NCBI GenBank assembly: GCA_029210745.1
Contig: JARGFI010000011.1
Location: 72 to 64,071 of the forward strand
Source: Desulfuromonadales bacterium
GTDB taxonomy: Bacteria > Desulfobacterota > Desulfuromonadia > Desulfuromonadales > JAHYIW01
Direction of reading: 5' to 3'
Length of the DNA stretch: 64,000 nucleotides
Position numbers and translations under genes: made by a program. Each line of letters begins with the position of its first letter. Position 1 is the stretch's first letter. Below are positions 37,853 to 48,866 of this stretch, in pieces. The notes beneath the pieces were generated by a model. The model worked only from the letters and a program-made list of their open reading frames with translations, was not told where the DNA came from and searched no databases.

Positions 37853-37882
37853 TTGACGGATTCAACAACACTGTGCTATAGT
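37853..37882 (+). promoter_or_regulatory. Candidate sigma70 promoter for carD-ispDF
   Basis: TTGACG, an 18-nt spacer, then TATAGT, 33 nt upstream of ATG 37915. Confidence 0.5.
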
Positions 37883-37914
37883 GTTTAGTCCCAGAGCGGG
37901 AGAGGAGTAACTAC

Positions 37915-38400
37915 ATGTTTAAAGTTGGAGATATGGCGGTCTACCCGTCGCAAGGGGTCGGCATTGTCGAAGCGATTGAATCGCGCGATATTGGCGGCAG
38001 TGTGAATAATTTTTACGTTTTGCGCATCGTCGACAACGACATGACCATCATGATTCCGGTAAACAATGTTGCCCAGGTCGGCCTGCGCACCTTGATTGAT
38101 CGCGGTCGAATCAGCTCTGTTTATAAATTGCTCGAAGAAAAACTGTCCGAGATCCCGGCCACCATCTCGTGGAGCCGACGGCAGCGGGAGTATAACGACA
38201 AAATCAAATCCGGCGATCTTTTTGAAGTGGCCGAAGTCCTCCGCGAACTGTACATGATCAAGGAAGGCAAAGAACTTTCCTACGGTGAGAAGAAGGTGCT
38301 CGAGCTGGCCCGGCGCCTGCTGGTTAAGGAACTGGCACTGGCACAGGGACAAGCTGAAGACATGGTCGTCAAACGCGTCGAAAACATTTTCATTAACTGA
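37915..38400 (+). CDS. carD: CarD/CdnL family RNA-polymerase-binding regulator
   Basis: MFKVGDMAVYPSQGVGIVEAIE is the N-terminus of the CarD_CdnL_TRCF domain. Confidence 0.9.
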   Translation: MFKVGDMAVYPSQGVGIVEAIESRDIGGSVNNFYVLRIVDNDMTIMIPVNNVAQVGLRTLIDRGRISSVYKLLEEKLSEIPATISWSRRQREYNDKIKSGDLFEVAEVLRELYMIKEGKELSYGEKKVLELARRLLVKELALAQGQAEDMVVKRVENIFIN

Positions 38401-38447
38401 CAACGCCCCTGCGGCTTTACCGGTCCCTCCCTGTGATCAGGAGTCAC

Positions 38448-39158
38448 ATGAAAATCATTGTTCTGATCCCTGCCGCGGGAACAGGTAGACGGATGGGCGC
38501 CGCTGTCAACAAACAGTATCTGCTCCTCGGTGACCGCCCGGTTCTGGCGCACACCGTTGCCCTCTTCGACAATGCCCCGCAAGTCGATGACATCTACATC
38601 ATCTCCCCGCCTGACGAGATCGATTACTGTCACACCGCCATTGTAGAACAATACGGATTTACCAAGGTCAGAGCTATCGTCCCCGGCGGCGCACAGCGTC
38701 AGGACTCTGTGCGTAATGGCTTGCAGGCCTGCAGGGCGCAGGACGACGATATTGTCGTGATTCACGATGGCGCACGCCCTTTCTTTCCCATTGCACAACT
38801 CCCGCTCCTCATCGAACAAGCGCGCACCGCTGGCGCCTGTCTGGTTGGCGTTCCGGTTCAGGACACGATCAAGGAAGTTGTTGCCGCGCAGGTTGTATCA
38901 ACCCCCGCACGAGAACACTTATGGCAGGCTCAGACCCCGCAAGCCTTTCGTTACGGATTGATTCACGCCGCCCACGAACGAGCCCTGGCGCAAGGATTTG
39001 TCACGACCGACGACGCCGCGCTGATCGAATGGAGCGGGGCACCGGTGACCATGGTGACGGGGAGCAAATGCAACCTGAAAATTACCACCCCTGACGATCT
39101 GCCTCTGGCCCGCGCCATTTGGGCAGAGCACGAGGCACAACGAGGGCAGCGGGAATGA
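38448..39158 (+). CDS. ispD: 2-C-methyl-D-erythritol 4-phosphate cytidylyltransferase
   Basis: [24 protein letters not shown]. Confidence 0.9.
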   Translation: MKIIVLIPAAGTGRRMGAAVNKQYLLLGDRPVLAHTVALFDNAPQVDDIYIISPPDEIDYCHTAIVEQYGFTKVRAIVPGGAQRQDSVRNGLQACRAQDDDIVVIHDGARPFFPIAQLPLLIEQARTAGACLVGVPVQDTIKEVVAAQVVSTPAREHLWQAQTPQAFRYGLIHAAHERALAQGFVTTDDAALIEWSGAPVTMVTGSKCNLKITTPDDLPLARAIWAEHEAQRGQRE

Positions 39159-39631
39159 TGCGCATCGGTCACGGCTACGACGTTCACCGCCTGGTCGCGG
39201 GACGCAAACTGGTTCTCGGCGGAGTCGAAATCCCTTTTGAACGCGGTCTGCTCGGACACTCCGATGCCGACGTCGCGCTGCACGCCATTTGCGATGCCCT
39301 GCTCGGCGCGCTCGGCGCGGGGGATATCGGCAGGCACTTCCCGGATAATGACGAACGCTATCGCGGCATTGCCAGTACCCGCTTGCTGGAGCAGGTGGTG
39401 GCAATGGCCACGGAGCGGGGGTACCGGGTTGTCAACATGGACGTGACCATCGTTGCCCAGGAGCCGAAACTGGCCCCCTACATTGAGCAGATGACAGTTA
39501 ATATTGCCGCCGTCTGCAACGTTGACGTGGCATTTATCAACGTCAAGGCAACCACCACCGAACACCTCGGTTTTGCCGGGCGCGGCGAAGGGATCGAAGC
39601 CCATGCCGTGGCTTTGCTGCACGCGGCATGA
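39155..39631 (+). CDS. ispF: 2-C-methyl-D-erythritol 2,4-cyclodiphosphate synthase
   Basis: [26 protein letters not shown]; ATGA overlap with ispD. Confidence 0.95.
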   Translation: MMRIGHGYDVHRLVAGRKLVLGGVEIPFERGLLGHSDADVALHAICDALLGALGAGDIGRHFPDNDERYRGIASTRLLEQVVAMATERGYRVVNMDVTIVAQEPKLAPYIEQMTVNIAAVCNVDVAFINVKATTTEHLGFAGRGEGIEAHAVALLHAA

Positions 39632-39654
39632 ATCATCCATTATAAGGAACAAGC

Positions 39655-41316
39655 ATGAGCGACATTTCAACATCGTCCGCAAATTTTATCCGTCATATCA
39701 TCACCGAGGATCTCGCCAGCGGCAAGAGCAAGCAGGTTGTGACCCGTTTTCCGCCGGAGCCGAACGGCTATCTGCATATCGGTCACGCCAAGTCGATCTG
39801 CCTCAATTTCGGTCTGGCGGAAGCCTTCGGCGGACGCTGTCATCTGCGTTTTGACGACACCAACCCGATCAAGGAGGAGCAGGAATATATCGACGCCATC
39901 AAAGCCGACCTGCGCTGGCTCGGTTTTGATTGGGGCGAACATGAATATTATGCCTCCGATTATTTCGAAAAACTTTACGCCTTTGCGATCATGCTGATCA
40001 ACCGCGGCAAGGCCTATGTCGACGGCCAGACTGCGGACGAAATTCGCGAGAATCGTGGCACCTTGACTACGCCGGGGCAAGAAAGTCCCTGGCGGGAGCG
40101 TTCGACAGCAGAAAACATCGACCTGTTTGAGCGGATGAGAAACGGCGAATTTGCCGCTGGCCGTTATGTCCTGCGCGCCAAAATCGACATGGCGTCGCCG
40201 AATCTCAACCTGCGTGACCCGGTCATCTACCGCATTTTGCACGCCCCCCACCACCGTACCTCCTCCACCTGGGCGATTTATCCAATGTACGACTTCGCCC
40301 ACGGGCAGTCCGATTCGATCGAGGGGGTCACTTATTCCATCTGTACACTGGAATTCGAAGACCACCGCCCGCTGTATGAATGGTTTTTGCGTGAGCTGAA
40401 CATCTTTGCCCCGCGACAGATCGAATTTGCCCGCCTCAACCTTGATTACACGGTGATGAGCAAACGCAAGTTGCTGCAACTGGTCACCGAAAAACACGTT
40501 GACGGCTGGGATGATCCACGCATGCCAACGCTGTCGGGCCTGAGGCGACGGGGCGTACCGGCAGCCGCAGTGAAAAATTTCTGCGAGCGGATCGGCGTCG
40601 GTCGCGCCGCCAATCGCATCGAACTCAGCATCCTCGAAGATTGCGTGCGCGAAGTTCTTAACGAAAGTACCCCCCGGGCAATGGCGGTCCTGCGCCCGCT
40701 GAAAATTGTCATTACCAACTACCCCGCCGGGCAGGTTGAGGAACTCACCGCCCCCAACCATCCCCAGCAACCCGAGCGTGGCGTACGTACCCTCCCCTTC
40801 GGTCGTGAAATTTTCATTGAACAAGATGATTTCATGGCCGATCCGCCGAAAAAGTTTTTCCGCCTCGCCCCCGGCCGTGAAGTGCGGCTGCGCTACGCTT
40901 ACATCATTAAATGTGACGAGGTCATGCGTGACGCCAACGGGGAAATCTGCGCATTGCATTGCACCTATGATCCGGCTACCCTGGGGAAAGATCCTGCGGA
41001 CGGTCGCAAGGTCAAAGGGGTGATCCACTGGGTTGAGCAGGAACACGCCGTGACAGCCGAGGTCCGGGTCTATGACCGGCTCTTTCGGAGCGCCGACCCC
41101 GATGCCGACAAAGACAACGATTTTCTCGCGGCGCTGAATCCGGAGTCACTCGAAATCGTGACGGGCTGCCGACTCGAACCGGCCCTTGCCATGGCCGACG
41201 CTGGCGACACTTTTCAGTTCGAACGCCTCGGTTACTTTGTCGCCGACCATAATGTCTCGGCCGCAGCACCGGTTTTCAACCGGACGGTCACGCTGCGCGA
41301 CACCTGGGATAAATAG
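39655..41316 (+). CDS. glnS: Glutamine--tRNA ligase
   Basis: [15 protein letters not shown] (HIGH) and VMSKR (KMSKS). Confidence 0.95.
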   Translation: MSDISTSSANFIRHIITEDLASGKSKQVVTRFPPEPNGYLHIGHAKSICLNFGLAEAFGGRCHLRFDDTNPIKEEQEYIDAIKADLRWLGFDWGEHEYYASDYFEKLYAFAIMLINRGKAYVDGQTADEIRENRGTLTTPGQESPWRERSTAENIDLFERMRNGEFAAGRYVLRAKIDMASPNLNLRDPVIYRILHAPHHRTSSTWAIYPMYDFAHGQSDSIEGVTYSICTLEFEDHRPLYEWFLRELNIFAPRQIEFARLNLDYTVMSKRKLLQLVTEKHVDGWDDPRMPTLSGLRRRGVPAAAVKNFCERIGVGRAANRIELSILEDCVREVLNESTPRAMAVLRPLKIVITNYPAGQVEELTAPNHPQQPERGVRTLPFGREIFIEQDDFMADPPKKFFRLAPGREVRLRYAYIIKCDEVMRDANGEICALHCTYDPATLGKDPADGRKVKGVIHWVEQEHAVTAEVRVYDRLFRSADPDADKDNDFLAALNPESLEIVTGCRLEPALAMADAGDTFQFERLGYFVADHNVSAAAPVFNRTVTLRDTWDK

Positions 41317-41353
41317 ATCACCGTGTTTTTGCTCACAGGACAATAAAACAATC

Positions 41354-43240
41354 ATGGCGAACAACGCTTTCCAGATCATGATTGTCGATGAAAACCGGCG
41401 CCTTTGCGAAGAGTTGAGTGCGCCACTTATCGCAGCCGGTTGTCGTGTTGAATGTCTCGTCGATGGCAGTAGCAGCTATCGCTCAATCCTTGAGCGACTT
41501 CCGTCGCTGTTGATTCTCGACATCTCGCTGCCGGATCCAGCCGGGCTGGAAACGTTGCGACGGCTCCACAACCATCGCAGTTCGCGCAAGCTGCCGATCA
41601 TTGTTATTTCCAATCAGGCCGAGTTCGAATTCGAGCTGCTTGACGTTTTTGATTTCCTCAAAAAACCGGTCGACCTGCACCGGTTGCTGGAAGATATCCG
41701 TTACCTGCGCGACCGCCAACGCGCGGATAAAATCTTTCCCGGGTTAAATGAAGAGGAGTTGAGGTTATTTCAGGAGTATCTGATTAAACACAGCGGGCTC
41801 TACTTCGAGCGGCGTAATTCAAAGATCCTGGAACGTGGACTCCAGCGCCGCATGCGCGCGGTGGGTGCCGACACCTACACCGACTATTTTGATTATCTCA
41901 ACCTCTATCAGGACAGTCGCGCGGAGTTAAAAAAACTGATCGGTTTGTTGACCGTCGGTGAAACCTCTTTTTTCCGTTACAGCTCCCATCGCGACGCCCT
42001 TGTCAAACATGTCATCCCCGAGCTCATCCGCGAGCGCCAGCATGAACGTACCTTGCGTTTCTGGTCGGCCGGCTGTTCGACCGGCGAAGAGCCCTACTCT
42101 GTGGCGATTTTCTTACTTGAACATTTTCCTCAATTGGCGGACTGGAAGATTGAAATCCTTGCCACCGACATCAACAAGAGGTCGCTGCGCCGGGCGCGCG
42201 AAGCGATCTACAACCCGCGCGCTGTCCGCCTGATGGGGGAGGACTACATCGACAAATACTTTCACTGCGAAAGCAACCTCTACCTTCTCGACCGGCGGGT
42301 GCGTGACATGGTCGAGTTCAAGTATCTCAATCTGCAAGTCGACGAATTCCCGTCACCGACCAACGGCACCAGCGATGTGGACTGCATTCTCTGCTGCAAC
42401 GTCATGATCTATTTCCGCATCGACACCATTCGCGAAATTGTTGCCCGCATCAGTCGTTGCCTGCGTCCGGACGGGTTCCTTTTTCTTGGCCATGCCGAAA
42501 CCATGCAGAATATCTCGGATCGTTTTGTGCGTCTGAATAAACATAATGCGTTCTTCTATCAGCGCCGCGCCCGGCAGACCACCACAGCAGCCCCGCTCAC
42601 CCCTTTGCCACGGCCCCTGATCAGCACGCCCGTACCTGCGCGGCACAAGCCGTCGGCAACACGGCCACCGCGCCCCCTGCCGACGGCTCCAAAGCCGCCC
42701 GCTGCAAAGCCATTTTCAGTCGCACAGGTTTTTTCCGAGGCCGAGCAAGCTTTTCACCATGAAGACTATAGAACAGCATCTCAAAAATATGATACAATCC
42801 TCGCCAAGCAGCCGGATCACAGCGGGGCACTGCTCGGAAAAATCATCATCCTGGCCAACGAGGGGAACTTCAAGCGGGCGGCGGAAATCTGTGAACGGGT
42901 GCTGCAAACTGACGATTTGTGCGCTCCCGCCTATTTCCTGCGCGGACTGATCCATGACATGGAAGATGACCTGGCGGCTGCAATCACCGAATATAAACGG
43001 GCGATCTGGCTTGATATGCAGTTCATCGCTCCCCACTACTATCTGAGCAAGGTGTTGCTGCGACAGGGCAACCACGCTGCGGCGGAGCGCGAACTGCGCA
43101 ACAGCATCCGCCTCCTTGAGAAGTCTACCGAAGAGGCTGTCATCCCCTATTCAGGCGGACTGTCGCGCAGTGTTTTTCTTGAAATATGTCGGGCGGATAC
43201 TGAAGCGGCCCGCACAAAACTGGCCACCAGCGGGAGATAA
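41354..43240 (+). CDS. Hybrid REC - CheR-type methyltransferase - TPR protein
   Basis: REC N-terminus (IMIVDEN...LLILDISLP), CheR core (ETSFFR, RFWSAGCSTGEEPYS, CCNVMIYF), a Pro-rich linker, then TPR. Confidence 0.85.
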   Translation: MANNAFQIMIVDENRRLCEELSAPLIAAGCRVECLVDGSSSYRSILERLPSLLILDISLPDPAGLETLRRLHNHRSSRKLPIIVISNQAEFEFELLDVFDFLKKPVDLHRLLEDIRYLRDRQRADKIFPGLNEEELRLFQEYLIKHSGLYFERRNSKILERGLQRRMRAVGADTYTDYFDYLNLYQDSRAELKKLIGLLTVGETSFFRYSSHRDALVKHVIPELIRERQHERTLRFWSAGCSTGEEPYSVAIFLLEHFPQLADWKIEILATDINKRSLRRAREAIYNPRAVRLMGEDYIDKYFHCESNLYLLDRRVRDMVEFKYLNLQVDEFPSPTNGTSDVDCILCCNVMIYFRIDTIREIVARISRCLRPDGFLFLGHAETMQNISDRFVRLNKHNAFFYQRRARQTTTAAPLTPLPRPLISTPVPARHKPSATRPPRPLPTAPKPPAAKPFSVAQVFSEAEQAFHHEDYRTASQKYDTILAKQPDHSGALLGKIIILANEGNFKRAAEICERVLQTDDLCAPAYFLRGLIHDMEDDLAAAITEYKRAIWLDMQFIAPHYYLSKVLLRQGNHAAAERELRNSIRLLEKSTEEAVIPYSGGLSRSVFLEICRADTEAARTKLATSGR

Positions 43241-43249
43241 GAACGAACC

Positions 43250-43798
43250 ATGGCAAACGATCAACATTCCGGAAATGAAATCAAGGCCGTTCTTGACGAG
43301 ATGCGCCGTGAGTACTGGCGCGGGCTGGAAGAGGTGGACCACAACGCCGGGAAAGAGCTTGTCGACTACCTGGCTTTTGTCATCGGCAATGAAAATTTTG
43401 CGGTACCAACCTCGATCGCCCGCGAAGTATTGCGGCTGCCGCGGCAGATCCCGGTCCCGAATATGCCGGAACATATTCTCGGGGTCTTCAATCTGCGCGG
43501 CGAGATTATTGCCATCACCGATCTGCGCCCGATCTTCGGCCTGCCGGGACGTGGCATCCCCGACCAGGGGAAGCTGATCGTCATGGCCGCTGCCGGGATT
43601 GAAACCGCGATTGTCGTGGAACGCGTTGTCGGTACCCGCAACATCATCCTCGATGACGTCGAGCCCTTCCCCGAAGGACTGGGCGGCATTCCTCGCGATG
43701 CCGTCACCGGGCAACTGACTGAAGATGGTAAACTTACGGTTTTACTCGATATGCACCAACTTTTGTCACACACGGAATTTGTCATCGAACAGCAATAA
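43250..43798 (+). CDS. cheW: Chemotaxis coupling protein CheW
   Basis: FVIGNENFAVP...VFNLRGEIIAITDL is a CheW-like domain. Confidence 0.85.
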   Translation: MANDQHSGNEIKAVLDEMRREYWRGLEEVDHNAGKELVDYLAFVIGNENFAVPTSIAREVLRLPRQIPVPNMPEHILGVFNLRGEIIAITDLRPIFGLPGRGIPDQGKLIVMAAAGIETAIVVERVVGTRNIILDDVEPFPEGLGGIPRDAVTGQLTEDGKLTVLLDMHQLLSHTEFVIEQQ

Positions 43799-43822
43799 AC
43801 CGATAAATTCACCCTCACAGTA

Positions 43823-45625
43823 TTGATGAGCTTTGCGCTCAGCAAAGCAAGAAATTTTATGTTCAAGCGAATCTCCCTGAAAATTGTCAGCGTGCTGGTC
43901 ATTGTCCTCGCCATCCTGATGATCATCTTTACCCAGCAACTGGTTGCCAACCGCAGCGCGGCACTTGAAGCACAACTGCTGACCAAGGCCAGAACCCTGG
44001 CGATCGTCGGTGCTGAAACGATGCAGATCGCATTGGAAGAGGCGCTTGCCACCGGTCAGTTTACCCGCGAAGAGCTGTTTGATGTTGACTATAAGAAAAT
44101 CACCAGCGGACCGCTGGTCGATGCCGATCCACCCAAATTCTCAACCGCCTACGACAGCTTCCTCGACGCAACGATCATGGCCTTCCAGGACTCCATCGTT
44201 GAAAATGATTCGATGGTCGTTTTTGCCGTGCTCGTCGACCGCAACGGTTACCTGCCAACCCACAACAGCAAATATTCCAAGCCGCTGACCGGTGACAAAG
44301 AAAAGGACGTCGTCGGCAACCGGACCAAGCGCATATTCAATGATCCGGTCGGTCTGAAAGCCGGGCGATATGACGGCAAGGATGGCAACAAATTTTTGAA
44401 GCAAGTCTATCAACGTGATACCGGCGAAAAAATGTGGGATGTCTCCGCACCGGTCTATGTCGATGGTCAGCATTGGGGTGGCTTCCGCATCGGTTTCTCA
44501 ATGCAGGAGACCGAAGCGGCGATTGCCGAACTGCGGAACACCGTCGGGCTGTCGATGCTGGCGCTGCTGGCGATTGCCTCGCTGACCATTTTTATTGTCG
44601 TCTCGCGATTCACCAAACCGCTCAAGCAACTGACCGAGGTCGCCAATAAAGTTGCCGGCGGCCAGCTGGATGAAACCATCGTCATCAAATCGCAGGACGA
44701 AATCGGTCAGCTGGCAAACGCCTTCAACCAGATGACCCAGGTCATCGTTAAAAACCTGAAAACAGAAATCGATAAAAGTAATCTGCTGATTAAAAACGTC
44801 AAGGAAGCCATTCAGCAGCTTTCTTCCAGTGCCAATGAAATGATGGCCATTGCAGCGCAGCAGGCATCCGGTGCGACCGAACAGGCCAGCGCCGTGCAGG
44901 AAGCAACGACCACCTCCGAAGAGATCGCCATCACCGCCAAGCAGGTTGCCGAAAATGCCCTGCGCGTCGAGTCCCTTGCCGAGCAGTCCAGTGAAGTCAG
45001 CATCAGCGGCAGCAGCGCCACCGATCATGCCATTGAAGGGATGGACGAGCTCAAGCACCAGGTCCAGTCGATTGCCGAGGGGATGCTGCAACTTGGAGAA
45101 AATTCCCAGAAAATCGGCGGCATTATCGATATTATCGATGAGATCTCCGACCAGACCAATCTGCTCGCGCTCAACGCTGCAATCGAAGCCGCCGGGGCCG
45201 GCGAAGCCGGCAAACGTTTTTCCATCGTCGCCAACGAAGTCAAACGACTGGCAGAACGGACCGCCGACGCCACCAGTCAGATCAAAACATTGATTGAGCA
45301 GATCCAGAAAGCCACCAACGCCACGATCATGCTCACCGAGGATGGCACCAAAGACGTCGACAAAGCCAGCAACCTGGTGGCGAACATCGCCAACGAACTG
45401 GCCCGGATTACCCAGATGGTGCATGACACCGCCAGCGCGGCGAGTGAGATCAAGATGTCGACCCAGCAGCAGACGACCGCCTGCGAGCAGATGGCGGAAA
45501 CCATCGCCGAGGTGCGGGATGTCGCCACGCAGGTCGCCACCGGTTCGCAGGAAACCTCGCAGTCGATCACCGAACTGACGGCTCTGGCGGAACGCCTGAA
45601 GGAACTGGTCGGAGAAGAGGACTGA
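43823..45625 (+). CDS. Methyl-accepting chemotaxis protein (periplasmic Cache-like sensor, HAMP, MA domain)
   Basis: Two TM segments, a HAMP domain (DEIGQLANAFNQM), and a highly conserved signalling hairpin (DQTNLLALNAAIEAAGAGEAGKRFSIVANEVKRLAE). Confidence 0.9.
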   Translation: MMSFALSKARNFMFKRISLKIVSVLVIVLAILMIIFTQQLVANRSAALEAQLLTKARTLAIVGAETMQIALEEALATGQFTREELFDVDYKKITSGPLVDADPPKFSTAYDSFLDATIMAFQDSIVENDSMVVFAVLVDRNGYLPTHNSKYSKPLTGDKEKDVVGNRTKRIFNDPVGLKAGRYDGKDGNKFLKQVYQRDTGEKMWDVSAPVYVDGQHWGGFRIGFSMQETEAAIAELRNTVGLSMLALLAIASLTIFIVVSRFTKPLKQLTEVANKVAGGQLDETIVIKSQDEIGQLANAFNQMTQVIVKNLKTEIDKSNLLIKNVKEAIQQLSSSANEMMAIAAQQASGATEQASAVQEATTTSEEIAITAKQVAENALRVESLAEQSSEVSISGSSATDHAIEGMDELKHQVQSIAEGMLQLGENSQKIGGIIDIIDEISDQTNLLALNAAIEAAGAGEAGKRFSIVANEVKRLAERTADATSQIKTLIEQIQKATNATIMLTEDGTKDVDKASNLVANIANELARITQMVHDTASAASEIKMSTQQQTTACEQMAETIAEVRDVATQVATGSQETSQSITELTALAERLKELVGEED

Positions 45626-45627
45626 CC

Positions 45628-47733
45628 GTGAAGCAGAAATATCTCGATATCTTCGCTCGCGAAGCTGAGGAACACCTGCAGATTCTGCGCAAGGGACTGC
45701 TGGCACTGGAAAAGGAAGATTTCAGTGCCGAGCGGATTCACGAGCTGTTACGCAGCGGCCACACCCTCAAAGGTTCGGCACGACTGGTCGGACTGGAAGA
45801 GCTCGGTCAGGTTGCCCACCTGATTGAGGACATCTTCAAGTCACTCGAAACCGGTGAACGATCAATCAATCCGGAGTTGATTGACGTCCTCTTTCTCGGT
45901 ACCGACGCGGTTGAAGCACTGATCGCGCAGGCCCACTCAGCGGGAGATATCAGCGTCAATGTGGAACAGGTGCTCACCGCCCTCGAAACGGGGGCCATGC
46001 CTGAATCGAAAAGTGTCAGCAATGCTCAAGTGCAAGAAAGCAGTGATCATATCGAGCTCGAAACCGTCCGCACCAGCGTGGTCAAACTTGACCAGCTGGT
46101 CAACCTGATGGGCGAAATCCTTATCAGCCAAAGGCTTTTTAATGAGCGCGGACGAAATCTGCGGGGACTGATGGGACGCATTGAAACCTTTATGGGCGGT
46201 CTGCGCAAAGCGGAAAACTATTGCACAGTCAAGGAAATCCTCGACAACTTCAGCCAGTTGTCCGCTGAACTTGATCGCGATACCGTGCAGCTCGAATACC
46301 TGGTCCGTGAGCTACACGGCAGCGCCATGGAACTGCGCATGCTGCCGCTGTCAGCGATTACCGAAGACCTTGAAGTGATGGCCCGTTCGCTGGCCCGTGA
46401 ACAGGGGAAAAATTTGCAGCTCGATATCATCGGCAAAGAGGTTGAGCTTGACCGAATGATGCTTGAATCTCTCAAGCCGATGCTGCTGCATATGCTGCGC
46501 AATGCCGTCGATCACGGGCTGGAATCCCCTGAAGAACGGCAGCGTGCCAAAAAAACACCGGTCGGCCGGATTGAACTGACAGCCCGTTACGAGCTTGGCC
46601 TGGTGCGACTGGTGATGCGTGATGACGGCAATGGCATCGATCCGGTCATCATCCGTCAGATTGCACAGGAACGCGGCGTTATCAGCGCCGAAGAGGCCCG
46701 CCTGATGAGCGATGAAGAAGCCGTCTACCTGATTTTGCGCCCCGGCTTCTCCACCCGTGAATTCATCACCGATGTCTCCGGTCGCGGTGTCGGCATGGAT
46801 GTCGTCAAATCCAATATCGATCGGGTCAAGGGCAACCTGGTAATCCACTCAACCCCCGGTCAGGGAACCGAGATGATTCTGCATCTGCCGCTGACCATGG
46901 CGGTGATCAATTCGCTGGCGATCGACTGCGAAGGAGAAACCTACGCCGTCCCCCTGCATTACGTGACCGAGATCCTGCGCCTGCGGGAAGAAGATATCTT
47001 TACCCAGGGAGCCCGGGAAGTGGTGCGCGTTCGCGACCGGATGTTGCCTCTCTTTGATCTGGCGACACTGCTCGGCATTCCACATCGGGCGTCCGCAAAC
47101 CGCTTGCAACGGATTACGGTAATGGTGTTGAACTTCCGCGAGCAGCAGGTCGCCTTCACCATCAGTGAGTCGTACGGCACCCAGGAACTGGTGGCAAAAA
47201 ATCTCGGCAAACAGCTCAAGCGCGTGCGCTTCTTCTCCGGCGCAACGATCCTTGCCGATGGCACCCCGGCGTTGATCATGTCGGTTCCTGACCTTTTCAC
47301 AGCCAGTATTCAGGGGAGTGGAACACAACTTCGCAAAGACTTCGCCAGCCATCGCGAAAAGAACAAAAAAGGGAATTTACTGGTCGTTGATGACTCCATC
47401 ACCACGCGCACGATGGAGAAGAATATCCTCGAAACCCACGGATTTTCCGTGACCCTGGCAGTGTCCGGCGAAGATGCACTGGAAAAACTGCGCAGCGGCA
47501 AGTTTGACTTGATGATCAGTGACGTGGAGATGCCCGGAATTAGCGGATTTGAGCTGACCCGCCGGGTTCGTTCGATGGAAAACACTCAGGATTTGCCGGT
47601 GATTATTGTCAGCTCGCTTGCCTCCGACGAACATCGTCGTACCGGGATAGAGGTTGGAGCACAGGCTTATATCGTTAAAGGAAAATTTGATCAAGGGGCC
47701 CTCCTGGAGACGGTCGATGCCCTGATCGGTTAA
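45628..47733 (+). CDS. cheA: Chemotaxis histidine kinase CheA with C-terminal receiver domain
   Basis: Hpt (HTLKGSARLVG), HATPase (DDGNGID, GRGVGMDVV), CheW-like domain, and C-terminal REC (LLVVDDS...DLMISDVEMPG); GTG start. Confidence 0.9.
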   Translation: MKQKYLDIFAREAEEHLQILRKGLLALEKEDFSAERIHELLRSGHTLKGSARLVGLEELGQVAHLIEDIFKSLETGERSINPELIDVLFLGTDAVEALIAQAHSAGDISVNVEQVLTALETGAMPESKSVSNAQVQESSDHIELETVRTSVVKLDQLVNLMGEILISQRLFNERGRNLRGLMGRIETFMGGLRKAENYCTVKEILDNFSQLSAELDRDTVQLEYLVRELHGSAMELRMLPLSAITEDLEVMARSLAREQGKNLQLDIIGKEVELDRMMLESLKPMLLHMLRNAVDHGLESPEERQRAKKTPVGRIELTARYELGLVRLVMRDDGNGIDPVIIRQIAQERGVISAEEARLMSDEEAVYLILRPGFSTREFITDVSGRGVGMDVVKSNIDRVKGNLVIHSTPGQGTEMILHLPLTMAVINSLAIDCEGETYAVPLHYVTEILRLREEDIFTQGAREVVRVRDRMLPLFDLATLLGIPHRASANRLQRITVMVLNFREQQVAFTISESYGTQELVAKNLGKQLKRVRFFSGATILADGTPALIMSVPDLFTASIQGSGTQLRKDFASHREKNKKGNLLVVDDSITTRTMEKNILETHGFSVTLAVSGEDALEKLRSGKFDLMISDVEMPGISGFELTRRVRSMENTQDLPVIIVSSLASDEHRRTGIEVGAQAYIVKGKFDQGALLETVDALIG

Positions 47734-47738
47734 TAGTT

Positions 47739-48794
47739 ATGATCAATGTGCTGATTGCAGAAGATTCAAAACTGACGCGCATGGTGTTGCGTGATCTGCT
47801 CGCGGGGGACTCCCAAATTCATATTGTCGGCGAGGTCGACAACGGTCGCGCCGCTGTTGATGAAACCCTGCGCCTGAAACCAAACCTGGTCATCATGGAT
47901 ATCATGATGCCGGTCATGGACGGACTTGAGGCGGTCGAGGAAATTATGGCGCGCTGCCCGACGCCGATCCTGATCCTCTCCGCCAATGTCGATCGGAATG
48001 ACAACCTCTGCGCCTTTAATGCCATTGAACGCGGGGCACTCGATGTCATGGAAAAACCGCGCGGAGTGGTAACCGAGGCGTTCGATGCCATCGCCGCACA
48101 GCTGATTGAAAAGGTCAAAACCCTTTCCCGCATGCGGGTGATCACTCACTTCCGCAAGCGCAAACGCCACTCTGAAGTGCTGGTGCCAACCGCCACCATG
48201 GTCCCCCCTTCATTGCCACTGGCCACCACTTTTCACACCCTGGCCATCGGGGCTTCAACCGGCGGTCCGCGCGCTGTCATGAAGTTGATTACGGCGCTGC
48301 CCAACGATATCAGCGCCGGGGTCGCAATCGTGCAACACATCTCGACCGGTTTTGACCGTGGCTTCGCCGATTGGCTCAACCGTGAAAGTCAGCTCACGGT
48401 CAGGCTCGCCCACGCTGGTGACAAGATGGAGCCCGGCCTGGTCCTCCTGGCGCCAAACGGCACGCACATGGAAATTCGCCGCCAGCGCGTGCAGCTGATT
48501 GACGGCCCGCCGGTCAACTGCTGCAAACCGGCCGTCGATAAACTCTTTCATTCCCTGGCCGGCAAGGAGACCGCCCCCGGCGTGCTCGGCGTGCTCCTTA
48601 CCGGGATGGGGTGCGACGGGGCCGAGGGGATGCTGGCGATGAAAGAGGGTGGAGCCTATAATATCGTCCAGGATGAGGCCTCCTGCGCAGTCTACGGCAT
48701 GCCCCGCGTGGCGGCGGAACGCGGCGCGGCACATCGCATTCTGCCGCTGGACGACATTCCGCCAGCGATTGTGAAATTGTTGCAAAAACGGTAA
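47739..48794 (+). CDS. cheB: Protein-glutamate methylesterase CheB (REC plus methylesterase)
   Basis: VLIAEDS...IMDIMMPVMDG plus IGASTGGP, HMEI, LTGMGCDGA, DEASCAVYGMP. Confidence 0.9.
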   Translation: MINVLIAEDSKLTRMVLRDLLAGDSQIHIVGEVDNGRAAVDETLRLKPNLVIMDIMMPVMDGLEAVEEIMARCPTPILILSANVDRNDNLCAFNAIERGALDVMEKPRGVVTEAFDAIAAQLIEKVKTLSRMRVITHFRKRKRHSEVLVPTATMVPPSLPLATTFHTLAIGASTGGPRAVMKLITALPNDISAGVAIVQHISTGFDRGFADWLNRESQLTVRLAHAGDKMEPGLVLLAPNGTHMEIRRQRVQLIDGPPVNCCKPAVDKLFHSLAGKETAPGVLGVLLTGMGCDGAEGMLAMKEGGAYNIVQDEASCAVYGMPRVAAERGAAHRILPLDDIPPAIVKLLQKR

Positions 48795-48813
48795 GCTGCG
48801 CCATTTCTTTCCC

Positions 48814-48833
48814 GCAACCGCGGGTTGCTTTGA
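48814..48833 (+). terminator. Possible weak terminator after cheB
   Basis: GCAACC-gcg-GGTTGC followed by TTTGAGTGTTGTT. Confidence 0.4.
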
Positions 48834-48866
48834 GTGTTGTTACCCCCACAAGGAGTTTTTACGCGA

